Of a stretch of DNA of 64,000 nucleotides, positions 37,091-51,839 are shown one piece after another. The notes below the pieces were generated by a model, which saw only the letters and a program-made list of their open reading frames with translations, was not told the origin of the DNA and searched no databases. Positions within the stretch are counted from its first letter, which is position 1, and the number at the start of each line of letters is the position of its first letter. Source of the DNA: the human T2T-CHM13v2.0 reference genome, Homo sapiens; assembly GCF_009914755.1 (NCBI RefSeq), contig NC_060926.1. One strand, written 5' to 3'. Both the position numbers and the translations under genes were made by a program.

Positions 37091-38644
37091 CCTCCTTTGC
37101 CCCTCCAAACCTTGGGGGAATGAAGGGTTTTCCACAGTTCCCTGGTGCTTCATCCTTCCTTGTTTATCTCTTGACTCCTTCCACAGTTTTGAAACAATCC
37201 CTTCATTAGCCCTCTTCACTTAATTTTTTAAACTACTACGTATTTCTGTGGAGAATCTGACCAAATTGCACCAAAATATGGCCGGCTCCTTCTGCTCCAT
37301 CCCCATTCTACATCAGGACCCTGGGACCTGAAGTCTTCCCATGGTCTCACCTCCTTCTGTAGGAGTCTTAGCTTGAATTCTGACAACTAATGTTCTCTGC
37401 CTTGTTATGTCTTTTTCTTCGTGAAGTCCACATTCGTCACAAGAGAGGACCATGTTTTCTTTGTGTCTCTAGGTCCTCTTCTGACTTCCAACTCACTCCA
37501 TTGTTTTCCTTTTTGCTTGGTGGATAAGATTTCTATTGGCGCCACAGAAGACAGACTGTACTCAGCCTAGCTGTTAATCAACCTTTGATGAAAATGAGGA
37601 ACTGAGGAATCTGGAATTTTCTATGAGGATGAATGTATTACTATCAACATTTAATCCCCTCCTCCAGAGTCTGTGTTCTCAGTAAAATGAGAAAGATGGT
37701 GAATTCTCCAAGTCTTTACCACAAAAAGGCAAGCTATGCTTTGGTGTTTTTCACTTTATGCCATTTTTTATTTCCGTCTACCTTGATGATTAGGGCTTAG
37801 GAATTCAATGTATGAATCTAAACTCTTTACTGCCTTGCCATATTTCTAAGGCAGTGAGACAGGCTGTCATCAAATCTGTCAATAACTCTTAATACCAATC
37901 CTCTCACTATTTTAGTCTTTCCAAATCTACCCATTCTTACGTCTCATTTCAGGAACATGCCCTAATCGTGACTAAAAGTCATCGTTTCTCCCTTAGGCTC
38001 CTTCATAGTGCTTGCTATACATTTTTTTCATTTTCAAGAAGCTAGAAGTTATGGTCAGGCAGGTTCACTGGGAACCTAGTCTCTGGGGATGGAGTTGGCC
38101 AAAGCCTTCAGCTAAACCATGGATGTGTGCCACTGACCTCTTTTCTCCTTAAGAAAGAGTCTTCATTGAGACAGGTTAACAACTAAGTTCTAGCTTCATA
38201 TGGGAGAAGTTTTAATCTTCAGTGTTCATAAATAGTATAATAGCATATAAGTATGCTTTTTTTTTGACAAAAATACTGAGTTCTAAAATGTGATTTCTCC
38301 TTAATATGGTCTATTTCTGTTCTGTCTTTATGGTTTTGTGGTGATAATCCAAAACAATTACAGTTGACGCTTAATGAATGTGACATTCTTTTCCATCATT
38401 TTTCCAATTATTTGGAGTCATGATGAAAATGCCCTCTTGAGGCTGAATTCCAAAATGGCACATAAATTAGCACAAAATCCGTGGTATAAAATCCAGGTAC
38501 CTCTGAGTTTACTTAGAGTTCCATTCAAAGAAATGATGGTCCATCAGAAATACATTTTAACTGAGAAGCCTATCTTTTCCTAGTCTTTTGAGCACATGCC
38601 AGAATGGGTATGAGTTTCATTTTAGAAGCACGGAAAAACAAAAA

Positions 38645-39079
<435 letters not shown>

Positions 39080-39170
39080 TGAACATCTCTTTTATCTCTT
39101 CTCCACATTTTCCTAATTGAAGCAGCTGATAAAACGGTATACTCTCTCCCTTCCTCATTTACATCATCCC

Positions 39171-39623
39171 TGTATTGTTTATCTAGGGTTGTTATAACAA
39201 ATTACCAAAAGTTGGTGGCTTAAAACAGTACAAATTTATTTTCTTACAGTTCCGAAGGCCAGAAGTCTAAAATTAGTTCCACTGGGCTAAAGTCAGAATG
39301 TTGGCAGGGCCAGTCCTTCTGGAGGCTCCAGGGAAGAATCCATTTTCTCGTCTTTTCCACATTGGTGTGACTGCCAACATTTCTTAGTTTTGGCCACATT
39401 GCTCTTATCCTTGCTGCCATGGTCACATTGCTTTCTTCTTTTCTGTAGTCGAATCTCCCTCTGCTATCCTCTTCTAAGCGCATTTGTGATTACATTTTCA
39501 ACGAATCCAAGATCATTCCATTTCAAGATCCTTAACTAATCACATCTGCAAAGCCCCTTTGGCCATATACGATTATTTGCAGGACCTGCATATATTTTGG
39601 GGGGCTTTATTCAGCCTACCACA
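39171..39623 (-). mobile_element. MLT1 (MLT1D-like) LTR
   Basis: TGTATT...ATAACAAATTACC...GGTGGCTTAAAACA...CAGCCTACCACA. Confidence 0.8.
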
Positions 39624-40273
39624 GTCTCCTAACCACAAGACGTCCTCTAAATGTCTTCTTGCCACCTTCCTCACACGTTCATGCTTCCAATGTGCACGAT
39701 CATTTTACCAGACCATCCTGGGAAGTATTACACTTCTCACCCTGAATTTGATTTCTAGCAAATAACATTATCTACTACATTACACCTTGAGTTTCACGAG
39801 AAAGTCACATTGAAATGGAGGCTTTGGGTGGGGTGTGGATGGAGAATCCCCTATGCACCCTTCCTTCCACTCCCAACCTGGGTTTCTATATTTAGGTTTC
39901 CCCACCTTCTTCTCTAAGCCTCCTGTTCTGAAACTCCATACCCCTTCTTGAGAAAGTTCCCATTTCTAGATTTTTTAGGTTCTTTATTAGGCTAGTGGGC
40001 CATATGCCAAGTCTGAGTCTGACAGTCATGAGCAGAGCTTTAGACTCCAGCCCACTGGGCAGCTGAAGCTTATTATTCTTAGTAATGCAGGTGCTGGGGT
40101 GGAGGAAAACAGGGAGTGTGGGCATTAGTCCTGGGGGTAATAGTTAACTCAACTCCTTCAATTCTAGTTTCCTTTTCATTACTTGCACCAAAAGGAGCTG
40201 CAGCCCCATTGCTTTCTTTGCTAGTGAGTCAATCAAAGTAAGCACTCTGGCCCTGAAGAACAAACTATACTTG

Positions 40274-40423
40274 AGCATCAGTACAGTCTAAACCCATGTT
40301 GAGAAAAGACTCAATTGCCTCACTCAGCCAGGAGCCTGCCCTACCCCTGGTGTGACTGGGTCCCCATCACTGTGAAATAAAGTTTTGTGGGGGTTTTTTT
40401 TTTTTTTTTGCTTTATCTGGCAA
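40274..40423 (+). repeat. Local duplication, copy A
   Basis: Aligns to 42563-42695. Confidence 0.9.
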
Positions 40424-42562
40424 GCTTTCCAAAACCCTAAAAGAAGTTGGCATTAACATTTAATGCTTTTTCACTTTATTTATATGTGAAGTGGGCTAGC
40501 CTAAATTAAATTATTTTGAGTCGGACTTTCCCCTCTAATGGAAATCAGGGTGACTATCTTCTAATTTCTTCCATCCCATGGTATATGTTAAATGCTATGG
40601 TGTCTGAATTTATTTCCTAGCAACAGTCAACAAAAATGGCTATTTCTGGGAAGCACTCCTCTTTTCACATAAAGAAACCCAAGTGAATGAACATGAGAAA
40701 TATGGGAACCATTGCCTGCCTTCCAGTCGAAGCTTGGGTCCACCTAACAGTTCCCAAACAGGGTTTTGAGAGTCAATCCTATTAGTATATGAGGATCGAA
40801 GGAGTAATTTAAAATAATCAAAATACCTTCCCACTCTTCTCCAACTCCACTCTCTCACCCTAAAGAAACAATGATGTTGAATCCTGGATTTCAAGCAAAA
40901 TGTTACAGAAATTCAACTGTCCAGATTTTCAACTGTCTGGAATAATCAGTATGTGAATAAGCCGAGGGTTGAGACATTAAATCTGATCACAAGGAAAAGT
41001 ATAAGGCTCAGCAGAACAGAGACCCCTCAACCACAGACTCTCCAGGGATCCTCAGTCCAACATCATAGATAGTTTCTAGAAGGGCAATGATTTACCTGGG
41101 GGTACACTCCTAGTCAGTGTCAGAAGCAGAACAGAAACTCTTGCTTATCTCTTTCTCCACTTGCTTTATTCTACCCAATCTGACTTCACATGCCTTTTGT
41201 TCAATCCCTAAATATTCATTCTCCTGTCTTATCTCCCATCTTCCTCTACACACTGGGGGAGGCTGCGAAGAGGATAAAGGGGAAGCAGGCGAAAGATTCT
41301 GGGTGGTTAGCAAGTAGATGAGAGGCAATGGTGGAAGAATCTTCTCCCTCTTCTCCAAGACCTGCTTCACCTCCAGGCTTGTCTGCTCTCCAAGACCAAT
41401 GTTCTCCCAACTCCCCACTCTTCCCCTGACACAAGAGACACTTCTGTAATGCCCTTCATGCTCCAAGTTCTTGTCATACATGAGAAGCTCTGGCCAACAG
41501 CTGTTGCTTCAATGAATGCGTTCATGGGAATGAGGACTAGATCCCTGAGTTCTGGGACCCAGACCCTATCCTTTCACTCCTGCTAAATCCTTTTAGTTTA
41601 TTTGCAGCTCTACTACTCACGGTTTTGGCTAAGACCTGAGAGTTGTACAATTATCATCATCACCACTCAAGAAAGAATGTGCCTATACCAAACTTCACCT
41701 AGCATTCTGAGTAAGAGAAGCGTTTTTTGTTAGTCAGTAAAGTTTCAGAGCCCTACTTCAATCTTATCAGACTCTATATTTTACTCAGACACTGCAACTC
41801 CAGCAGGTAAAATCTGGTTACCTAACCACCAATTGTGGTATGGCCCATCTTGAGCTCTGAGCCTGCCCCTGCTTAGGATGGGCTCCTCGTCCAGGTGAAA
41901 ATGCATAAGAGGTTTTCTCATGGCATAATTACTTCTGTTTTACTATTTCTTGATGGCTGTTGCTTCATGTCTGATTGCTTATAGTTCACCTGTTGATGAA
42001 ATATTCTTGGCAGTCTGAGTAACTGAAAAATATATGGGAAGAAGAAAGTTAGGGACCAGTTTCAATGCACAGTTCGGGGCAGACCAGGCTTGAGGCAATA
42101 AATATATAAAACACAAATGGACAACATAAATCTAGGACAATCAAGAGTCTAGGTGGTCAACAGGTGACTGTTAATAAATATTCAGAGAGCAAGGAAAGGT
42201 ATATGTCATTGAGTCTATAACCTCCTAGTCAATCTCTGAATTGTCTCTGTAGAAATCCTGGAAAAGGGCCCTTCATCTTTTGCTTGAGTGCAGTTAGTGT
42301 CAGAGCTCACTCTAACATGGGGACTCATTCTGCTTTAGAACAACTCCAAATGTTGGAAAGCTCTTCATTACGTTGAGCTGGAGCTCTTTTCCTTGTGATA
42401 TTGCTCTTTGGTTCTACTTCTCATTGTAGAGTAACACAAAATAAACTTTCCTCCATATGATAAAGTTTTCTTCCTTACTTTTACCTAGCATTTCCTTATT
42501 TATTAGGGAAAAAATAAGTCTACTGTGTGCAAGGCACTCTACTAGATGCCACAGGGAATAAA

Positions 42563-42695
42563 AGCATCAGTACAGTTTAAACCCATGTTAAGAAAAGACC
42601 CAATTGCCTTGCTTAGCCAGAAGCCTGCCCTGCCCTTGGTGTCAATGGGTCCCTATCACTGTGAAATAAATATTTTTTTTTGCTTTGTCTGGCAA
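42563..42695 (+). repeat. Local duplication, copy B (interrupts an L2 relic)
   Basis: Aligns to 40274-40423; offset 2289 at the left end. Confidence 0.9.
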
Positions 42696-42975
42696 AATCA
42701 GTGCAAATCCTGATTAATGCCTTCAAGGAACTATAATTTCATAGAGATAAAAGAGACAATATTGAACATAGTAAGAACCTAAGCCAAGTGAAAATTGTTA
42801 TATTGTATTGACAGGCTAGGAGATACAAGAGAGGTAGAAATCTTTAATTAATAAGCTATATGTGAATTGAAACTTAAAGGGTGAATAAGACTTTGACAGA
42901 TGGAACTAGGGCACTATCAGGATGTACAAATGTTGGAGGGATATTCCAGGTGGAGGAGAGTAAGAAAGGGTAATT

Positions 42976-43533
<558 letters not shown>

Positions 43534-43975
43534 CTATTAGAGTAAGGTTCCCAGTCTTTGACCCATTATTACTTACTCTTCTTTGACAGAATGGCAGGCG
43601 ACAGCCATTGGGCCATTTCTATAGCAAAACAATACACGAAGGTTGAGACCCTTGATTGGGAAGTTTTAATACCTTGGGCCAGGGGAGCTCTTCAACTCTG
43701 TCAGAACAGTTAACTGGAGCAAGTATTTATACTCTTAGAGTTTGTGAGGCAGGGGTCTTTGCATATTTGCAGCTTTGGTGGGGGATCTTAGCAAATTCTG
43801 GGAGCTTCACCTGACCTTTAATTTCTCAGATGCAACTTGGCATATTTCAGGTAAGACTGAAGTAAGAATTACATCATTTTAGGAACAAGTAGGTGAGTCA
43901 GTATTTGTTGCTTTTACCATGTTTCTTAGGCAAGACTTCCAGATGAAGATCAGAACATTAAATAACAAAGACAGC

Positions 43976-44440
43976 TGTTTTAGGTAAAATAATGCCGCCC
44001 TGCAGAGGTCCACATTCTAATCTCTGGAACCTGTGGGTATGTTACCTTACACAGCAAAAGGACTTTGCAGATGTGATTAAGTTAAGGATCTTGAAGTTCA
44101 CCTGGATTATCTGAGTGGGCCCAGTGTAATCACAAGGGTCCTTACAAGGGAAAGAGGGAGGCAGGAGAGTCACGAAGGAGATGTCACAATGAAAGCAGGG
44201 GTTGGAGGGATGTTTGAAAGGGGGCTATGAGGCACATAATGCAGACAATGTCAGAAAAAGCGAGGAAATGGACTGACACCCGGAGCCTCCAGAAGAAATA
44301 GAGCTCTGCTGACACCTTGATTTTAGCCCAGTGAGGCCTATTTCTGACTTCTGCCTTCTAGAACTAGAAGTTAATAAATCTGTGTTGTTTTTAGCAAAAT
44401 TTGTGGTAATTTATTACAGCAGCAACAGGAAACTAACACA
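43976..44440 (+). mobile_element. MLT1 (MLT1D-like) LTR
   Basis: GGACTTTGCAGATGTGATTAAGTTAAGGATCTTGA...AATAAATCTGTGTTGTTTT...GGAAACTAACACA. Confidence 0.82.
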
Positions 44441-44453
44441 GCAATGAAGCTCC

Positions 44454-44993
44454 TGTGATAGTTAATATTGAGTGTCAACTTGATTGGATTGAAGGTTGCA
44501 AAGTATTGTTCCTAGGTGTGTCTGTGAGGGTGATGCCAAAGGAGATTAGCATTTGAGTTACTGAACTGGGAGTCGCAGACCCATCCTCAATCTGGGAACC
44601 ATAGCTGCCAGCACGACTAGGATAAAAGCAGGCAGAGGAACGTGAGAGGACTAGACTGGCTAAGTCTTCTGGCCTCCATCTTTCTCGCGTGCTGAGTGCT
44701 TCCTTTCCTCTAACATTGGACTCCAAGTTCTTCAGCTTTTTGACTCTTGGACCTACACCAGTGGTTTGCCAGGGGCTCTCGGGCCTTTGGCCACAGACTG
44801 AAGGCTACACTGTCTGCTTCCCTACTTTCAAGGTTTTAGGACTTGGACTGGCTTCCTTGCTCCTCAGCTTGCAGACAGCCTATTGTGGGACTTCTCCTTG
44901 TGATTGTATGAGTCAACACTCCTTAATAAACCCCCCTTCCTATATACATCTGTCCTATTAATCCTGTCCCTCTAGAGGACCTTGAATAATCCA
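44454..44993 (+). mobile_element. MLT2A (MLT2A2-like) ERVL LTR
   Basis: TGTGATAGTTAATATTGAGTGTCAACTTGATTGGATTGAAGG...; TSD GCTC(C/T). Confidence 0.88.
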
Positions 44994-45188
44994 GCTCTCT
45001 AGTGTCAGAAAACATTACTGTGTGAGAGTCTAGCTTCAAAACCTTAGTGCTAGGTCTGAGGAGGCAGTGCCAGATCACTTGCCCTCAATTCTTACCAAAT
45101 AGAATAATAACTTCATAAGCAGTGACTATGACATTAGGTTTCAGGGGCCCAAGCTGTTTTGACCATCAAAGGTTGATGCATTTTATTA

Positions 45189-45540
<352 letters not shown>

Positions 45541-46166
45541 GAAAAGGAATGGAAGCAAATAGCAGCTTTCAGTTTTGATGCATGAAGAGGTTGGGCAATT
45601 CCTCTTGCAAAAAGTAAGCAAAGGTAGACACAATATTGGGAAAAATCTGCATCTGATAATAACTGTGAGTTGGTGGTTACCTTGTCTGGGGCACTCCCCA
45701 GTCCCCCATCCTTCCCAGCATAGGCTGTGGAAAGCTGCAAATATTTGGAAATTAAACAATTTATTTATAAATAACTCATGGGTCAAAGATGAAATTACAG
45801 GAAATTATGAAGTATTTTGAACTAAGTGAAAATGAAGATACAACATATCAAAATCTGTGGCATACATACAATGTGGTGCATAATGGGAATTTTATAATTC
45901 TAAATTCTTCAATTAGAAAAGAATAAAGTTCTAAAAATCAATAATATAAGCTTCCACCTTAAGAAGCTAGAAAGAGGAACAAATTGAATCCAAAGTACTC
46001 CAAAAAAGGAAATAAAAATAAAATTAATGAAACAGAACAGAGTCAAAAATAGAAAGAAAATCAAAAGCTATTTCTTTATGTACACTTGCCAAGAAAAAGG
46101 CAAGAAGACAAACTTAACCAAAATAGGGAATGAAAAGAGAGACATTACATAGATCCTTCAGACACC

Positions 46167-46218
46167 AAAATAAAATAAAATAAAATAAAATAAAATAAAA
46201 TAAAATAAAATAAAATAA
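46167..46218 (+). repeat. (AAAAT)n pentanucleotide microsatellite
   Basis: About 10 perfect units. Confidence 0.95.
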
Positions 46219-46224
46219 GGGTAC

Positions 46225-46674
46225 TGTATTAGTCAGAGTTCTCTAGAGGGACAGAACTAATAGGACAGAAATAGATATATAAAGGGGTGTTTATTAAGTA
46301 GTATTAACTTACAAGATCACAAGGTCCCATAATGGGCCATCTGTAAGCTGAGGAGCAAGGAAGCTAGTCTGAGTCTCAAAGCTGAAGAAGTTGGAGTCCG
46401 AGGTTCAAGGGCAGGAAGCATTCAGTACAGGAGAAAGATATAGGCTGGGAGGCTAAGCCAGTCTAACCTTTTCATGTTTTTCTGCCTGTTTTATATTCTA
46501 GCTTCGCTGACAGCTGATTAGATGGTGCCCACCCAGATTAAGGGTGCATCTGCCTTTCCCAGCCCACTGACTCAAATGTTAATTTCCTTTGGCAACATCC
46601 TCATAGACACACCCAAGATCAATACTTTGCATCCTTCAATCCAATCAGGTTGACATTCAGTATTAACCATCACA
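46225..46674 (-). mobile_element. MLT2A (MLT2A1-like) ERVL LTR
   Basis: Reverse homologue of 44454-44993 but shorter (450 bp); TSD GGTA(C/T). Confidence 0.88.
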
Positions 46675-48209
46675 GGTATATTATGAAAAACATCATGGCA
46701 ATAAATTTGGTAACACAGATGAAATAGATAAATCCCTTGAAAGACAAATCACAAAAAGTGACTCAAGAAGACCTAAACATCCTCATATTTAAAGCATTGA
46801 ATTTGTAATTAAAACCTTTTCAAAATGAAAACTGTATCCAGATGTGTCTTGACAGGTGCAGTCTACCATTTAAGGAAGATACAACATCAATCCCACACAA
46901 ACTCTTTCAGAAAATTGGAGGAGGTTAGAACACTTCTCATTTTATGAGGACAGTATTACTGTGGACAGAGACATGACAAGAAAAAACTTTCGACCAGTAT
47001 CTTTCTTGAACATAGTGGCAAAAATCCTTAACAAAATCTAGCAAATTAATCCAGCAATACATAAAAAGAAGAATGCATTGTGACCAAGTTGATTTTGTCC
47101 TAGGAATGCAAAGCTGGTTTAACATCCAAAAATCAATTAACATGCTTCACCATATTAATAAAATAAAGGTGAAAAATACATGATCATCATACATGCAGAA
47201 AAAGCATTTGACAAACTCTTAGCAAACTAGAAATAGAAAGGTACTTCTTCAATTTGATAAGGGCCATTTAAGAAAATCCTACAGATAGCATCATACTTTC
47301 TACCACAGGAAGAAGGTAAGGATGTCTGCTATCACCACTTCTTTTCAACATTGTACTGACAGTCCTCATTAGTGCAAAAACACAAGAAAAATAAGTAAAA
47401 TACATGCAGATTAGAAATGAAGAAAAAAAAATCTGTCTTTATGCCAAGACTACATTATCGTGTATGTAGGAATTCATAAGGAATCTATAAAAAGCTTTGA
47501 GAACTTGTGGTTTAGCAAGGTCACAGAATAAAATGTTAATATACAAACATCAATACCATGTTTATATACCACCACAAAGCAAACAATTGGGAAATAAAAA
47601 ACAATTCAATTTAAAGTGAAATAAAATTAGTGAAATATATTATAAACGTAGAATAAAATTAGCAAAAGATGTGAAAGACCTGCGTTCTGAAAACTAAAAA
47701 AAAAAACACTGAAAACTGCAAAAAGAGAAATTAGAGAAAACTTGAATAAATTGAGAGATATAAACCGTGCTAATTAATTGGAAGATGCCAATCAAGTCAA
47801 TAAAATGCCAATCAAAATCCTAGCAGGATTTTTGGTATAAATTCACAAGATGCTTCTAAAATTTATGTGAAAGTGCAAAGGAAATAGAATAAATGAAACG
47901 AAAAAAAGAAGGAAAGTTGGTAGATTTATATGATCTGAGTTAAGACTTCCTAGAAAGCTATAGTAATTCAAGAAATTGTGACATTGGCATAAGGATAGAC
48001 ATAGAGATTGACACATCACACATATACAGTCAATTGATTTTTAAGATAGGGACCAGCAAAATTCAGCAGGGCGCTGAGGGGCAGAGTTTAATTTCTTCTG
48101 GGAATTGCACAATGTGAGGGAGTTTATATGCAAATAGCTCTGTAATAATTGGACATCTGTTGGGAAAAATTAAACTTTGTCCCTTACCTCATACCATACT
48201 CAAACTCAA

Positions 48210-48520
<311 letters not shown>

Positions 48521-50081
48521 TCATAAACTTAAATAAAATAATCAAAACTATAAATCTCCTAGAAGGAAGCATAAGACAAAATTTTATGACTTAAATAAAG
48601 ATTTCTTAGGAAGGAAACCAAAATATAAATTATGGAAAAAATTATAACTTAGATTTCATAAATTGGACTTTCTGTTTTTGAAACATACTATTAAGAAAAT
48701 AAAAAGACAAGTCGTAGACTGGTAGAAAATATTGTTAATACCTATATCTTACAAGAGACTTATATCCAGAAGATATAACTCAATAATTAGAAGAAAAACA
48801 TCCCAATTAAAAATGGGCACAAGATTTGAAGATGTCAACTGGTATGTATACAATTCACAAAAGAGAGATATATATATATATACAGCCAACAAACATGAAA
48901 AAGTTGTTTCCTTCTCTCTGACTACCCTTCTTCCCATAGTACCACTGATTCACTGCCATGGTCCTTGGCCACATTAATGTGGGTCCAGACTAAGTATTGT
49001 GTTCAGGAAACAGGTTTGTCTGAGATGATCTCTTTAAGGGCTGGGATTTGTTTGATTTCTAAATTTTATGGATGTAGTGCTAAAATCCAAGGCAGCAGTG
49101 TTTGAAGGAACTTAGACTCCACCAGCTACCTAAGCCTGAGCCCTTTAGCTGAGCCTAAGTGGAATAATAACTTGGGGAGAAAGAATTAAGGACATTAATG
49201 CTTTTGCACATTAGATTATTTGGACTTTAACTTGCAAGAGAATTTAATCATTGGACCTCCATTTCTTCTGGGAATTTCACAATGTGAGGGAGTTTATATG
49301 AAAATTTTGGGAATCTTTATGTTGTTAGAAATTTATTAGTGAAATATATTAGTACTGCCGTTTAATCATCTTGCATAACCTCTGGTGAGCTATATTGGGC
49401 AGCAGAGTTGGGCATAATTTGGGATGGGAAATAGAAGAGGGAGAAAATTGTCAGCCCTGGATACAGGGCAGATGTGGAGTTAATCTAATTAATGTACTGT
49501 CTGGGAGCAATTTTATGTTTCCCATCAGTAGTCACAGGAGGACACCAAATAAGCGGTAGGTGGTATTGAAGAAGCAGCCCATGAAGGTGAGAATAGGACT
49601 GTTTTGATGAATAGCTGGTCTCCTCCCTTGCAGAGGAGGGTCATAGTCTTGGCTGATATACTTCAAGGTTAATGTTAATTCCAAAGGATAAGAGGAAAAA
49701 AAGGGGACACAATTGGGGAACTTCCCACTCCCCGTCAATCTGTTTGTTTGTTTTTTTTTTTAAATAGGAGGGTCCTTAGCTAACGCCCTTGTCTTTTGCC
49801 CATTTTCTTTCTTATTCCACCCACTCTGACCAGTAGTAGACACCCACCGGTCCATGTTTATCTGTTTGATGGAGCTGGTCTATTACAAAATTCCAAGCAC
49901 TGGGATGTAAATCTCCATTATTTTCTCTATCAGTGTGAAGCAGAGATCCTGGATGGCGTTTGATTTTTCAGATCCAAGTTTTTCCCTTCATTGGGCTTTC
50001 CTAAGATCTCACTAGAGTATGAATGGGAGGTAGTATAGTAGAGAGTATCAGTATAGTCTTTTTATTGCACAAATTAGCCAC

Positions 50082-50436
50082 TGTATTAGTCCGTTTTCAC
50101 ACTGCTGATAAAGACATATTCAAGACTGGGCAATTTACTAAAGAAAGAGGTTTAATTGGACTTATAGTTCCATGTGGCTGGGGCAGCCTCACAAACACGG
50201 TGGAAGGCAAGGAGGAGCAAGTCACATCTTATGTGGATGGCAGCAGGCAAAGAGAGCTTGTGCAGGAAAACTTTGCCTTATAAAGCCATCAGATCTGGTG
50301 AGACTTATTCACTATCATGAGAACAGCACGGGAAAGACTGATTCAACTATCTCCCACTGGTCCCTCCCATAACACGTGGGAATTATGGGAGTACAATTCA
50401 AAATGAGATTTGTGTGGGGACATGAGTCACATATCA
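50082..50436 (-). mobile_element. THE1 (THE1C-like) solo LTR
   Basis: TGTATTAGTCCGTTTTCACACTGCTGATAAAGACATA...ATATCA; perfect TSD GCCAC. Confidence 0.92.
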
Positions 50437-51002
50437 GCCACATACTCCATCCTAGCTTTTATAGCATTATATCTAAAATTTTAATCTCCATTTTTATGTC
50501 TCCCATTGAGAGTCTGTTTCTCAACTGGTTTTTAGCTCATGTAGGGAGTAGGAGAGTTATTTTTTGGATTCTTTCAAACCAGAGGAATCAATGCAAAATC
50601 ACACAAATAGGGAGTAGGGTTTGTTAGAGACCAGGGACTTGAATGCATGAGAGTGGTGGGCCATGAGCCAAGACATGTAGTTTGCAGCCAGGCAATGGTC
50701 AAGGCTTTAGATTTAATATGTTTTAATCAAATGGAGGGAGCATTGGAGGTGTTTCAACAGGGCAGGAACATTTCCAGACATGAGTTTTCCAAAGAATAAT
50801 CTGACGGCAGGATGTAAATTGACTAAGGATAGGTGAAAGGAGATGGTCAATAGGAGAGAAGACAACTGAGGAAATAAAGGCAAGAAAGGGTGATAATATT
50901 GTAGAGGTGTAACCAGTAGAAGTTGGCAGATGATTCTCGGTTGAGGATGAAGGAAGCAGAGTTGTCAACATAATAAAGTCGCTCAGCCTTGGCAGTTTAA
51001 AA

Positions 51003-51209
51003 CAAGGATAAGCAAACTTTTTCTGTAAAGGGCAGATATATGTATTTTAGGTTTTGTGAGCCATACAATCTCTATGGCAATTATTCAAAGCTACCATTGT
51101 AGCTTGAAAGCACCAGTAGACAATACAGAAACAAACGACAAGGCTGTGTGTCAATAAAACTTTATTTAATAGAACATCTGGCCTATAGGCTGTGATTTGC
51201 CGACCCCTG
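51003..51209 (+). mobile_element. MER58A-like hAT MITE
   Basis: CAAGGATAAGCAAACTTTTTCTGTAAAGGGC...TTTGCCGACCCCTG; 8-bp TSD-like GTTTAAAA/GTTTAGAG. Confidence 0.8.
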
Positions 51210-51231
51210 GTTTAGAGGGTTATGGTACAGA

Positions 51232-51839
51232 TGCTGGTTATTAAATTATTGCCTGTGAGTTCTAAATTCACCCTCTAGTCCCTGCCCTGGGATGCTGTGG
51301 CTGAGACTCTGCAGACCATGTTTCTGTTTTGCCAGCTGCTTCGTGTGAGGTCTGGAGCAGGGAGAACGTGCATAGTTCTTCATGTTTTGCTTGCTGTTCT
51401 TGTCAGGATCACCACAACAATGGTTTTTGCACTAGGCCACCACAATGCATTCTGATTTCCAGTTGGTTCTTACATTCCTGAAATGCAGCTGTGATCCAGA
51501 TGCCTCAGAAACACCAGCTGGTTGGTATCCTCTCCTCAGAGGTTTGTGTCCTGGCATCTCAAGGCTCCTCATCTGAGCTTCTGAGGCAGCAGCACCAACT
51601 GGGCAGTGCCCTCTCCCCAGATCCAAGCTTCTAGGTTCTGATAATCCTGACCTCTACCCTCTGCACTACTAGCCCTAGGAGTGGTAGCTGCTTTCTGCAG
51701 TCACTGTTTACCTCACTGTTCCCTTTGTTTTGCCCTTTCAATCCTCTAATGCCTGTTTAACTTATTCCCCATATTAAATTCTTCCTATTGAAATAAGTGG
51801 TGTGGTTTTCATTCTCCTGACTGAACCCTGATCAATATA
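51232..51839 (+). mobile_element. ERVL LTR33-like relic
   Basis: TGCTGGTTATTAAATTATTG...ATTAAATTCTTCCTATTGAAATA...ACTGAACCCTGATCAATATA. Confidence 0.55.

Noticed and set aside
36672-37223. Longest ORF in the track (183 aa)
   Set aside because: Overlaps a degraded LTR-like, pyrimidine-rich region; no recognisable domain, and it starts at GTG rather than ATG.
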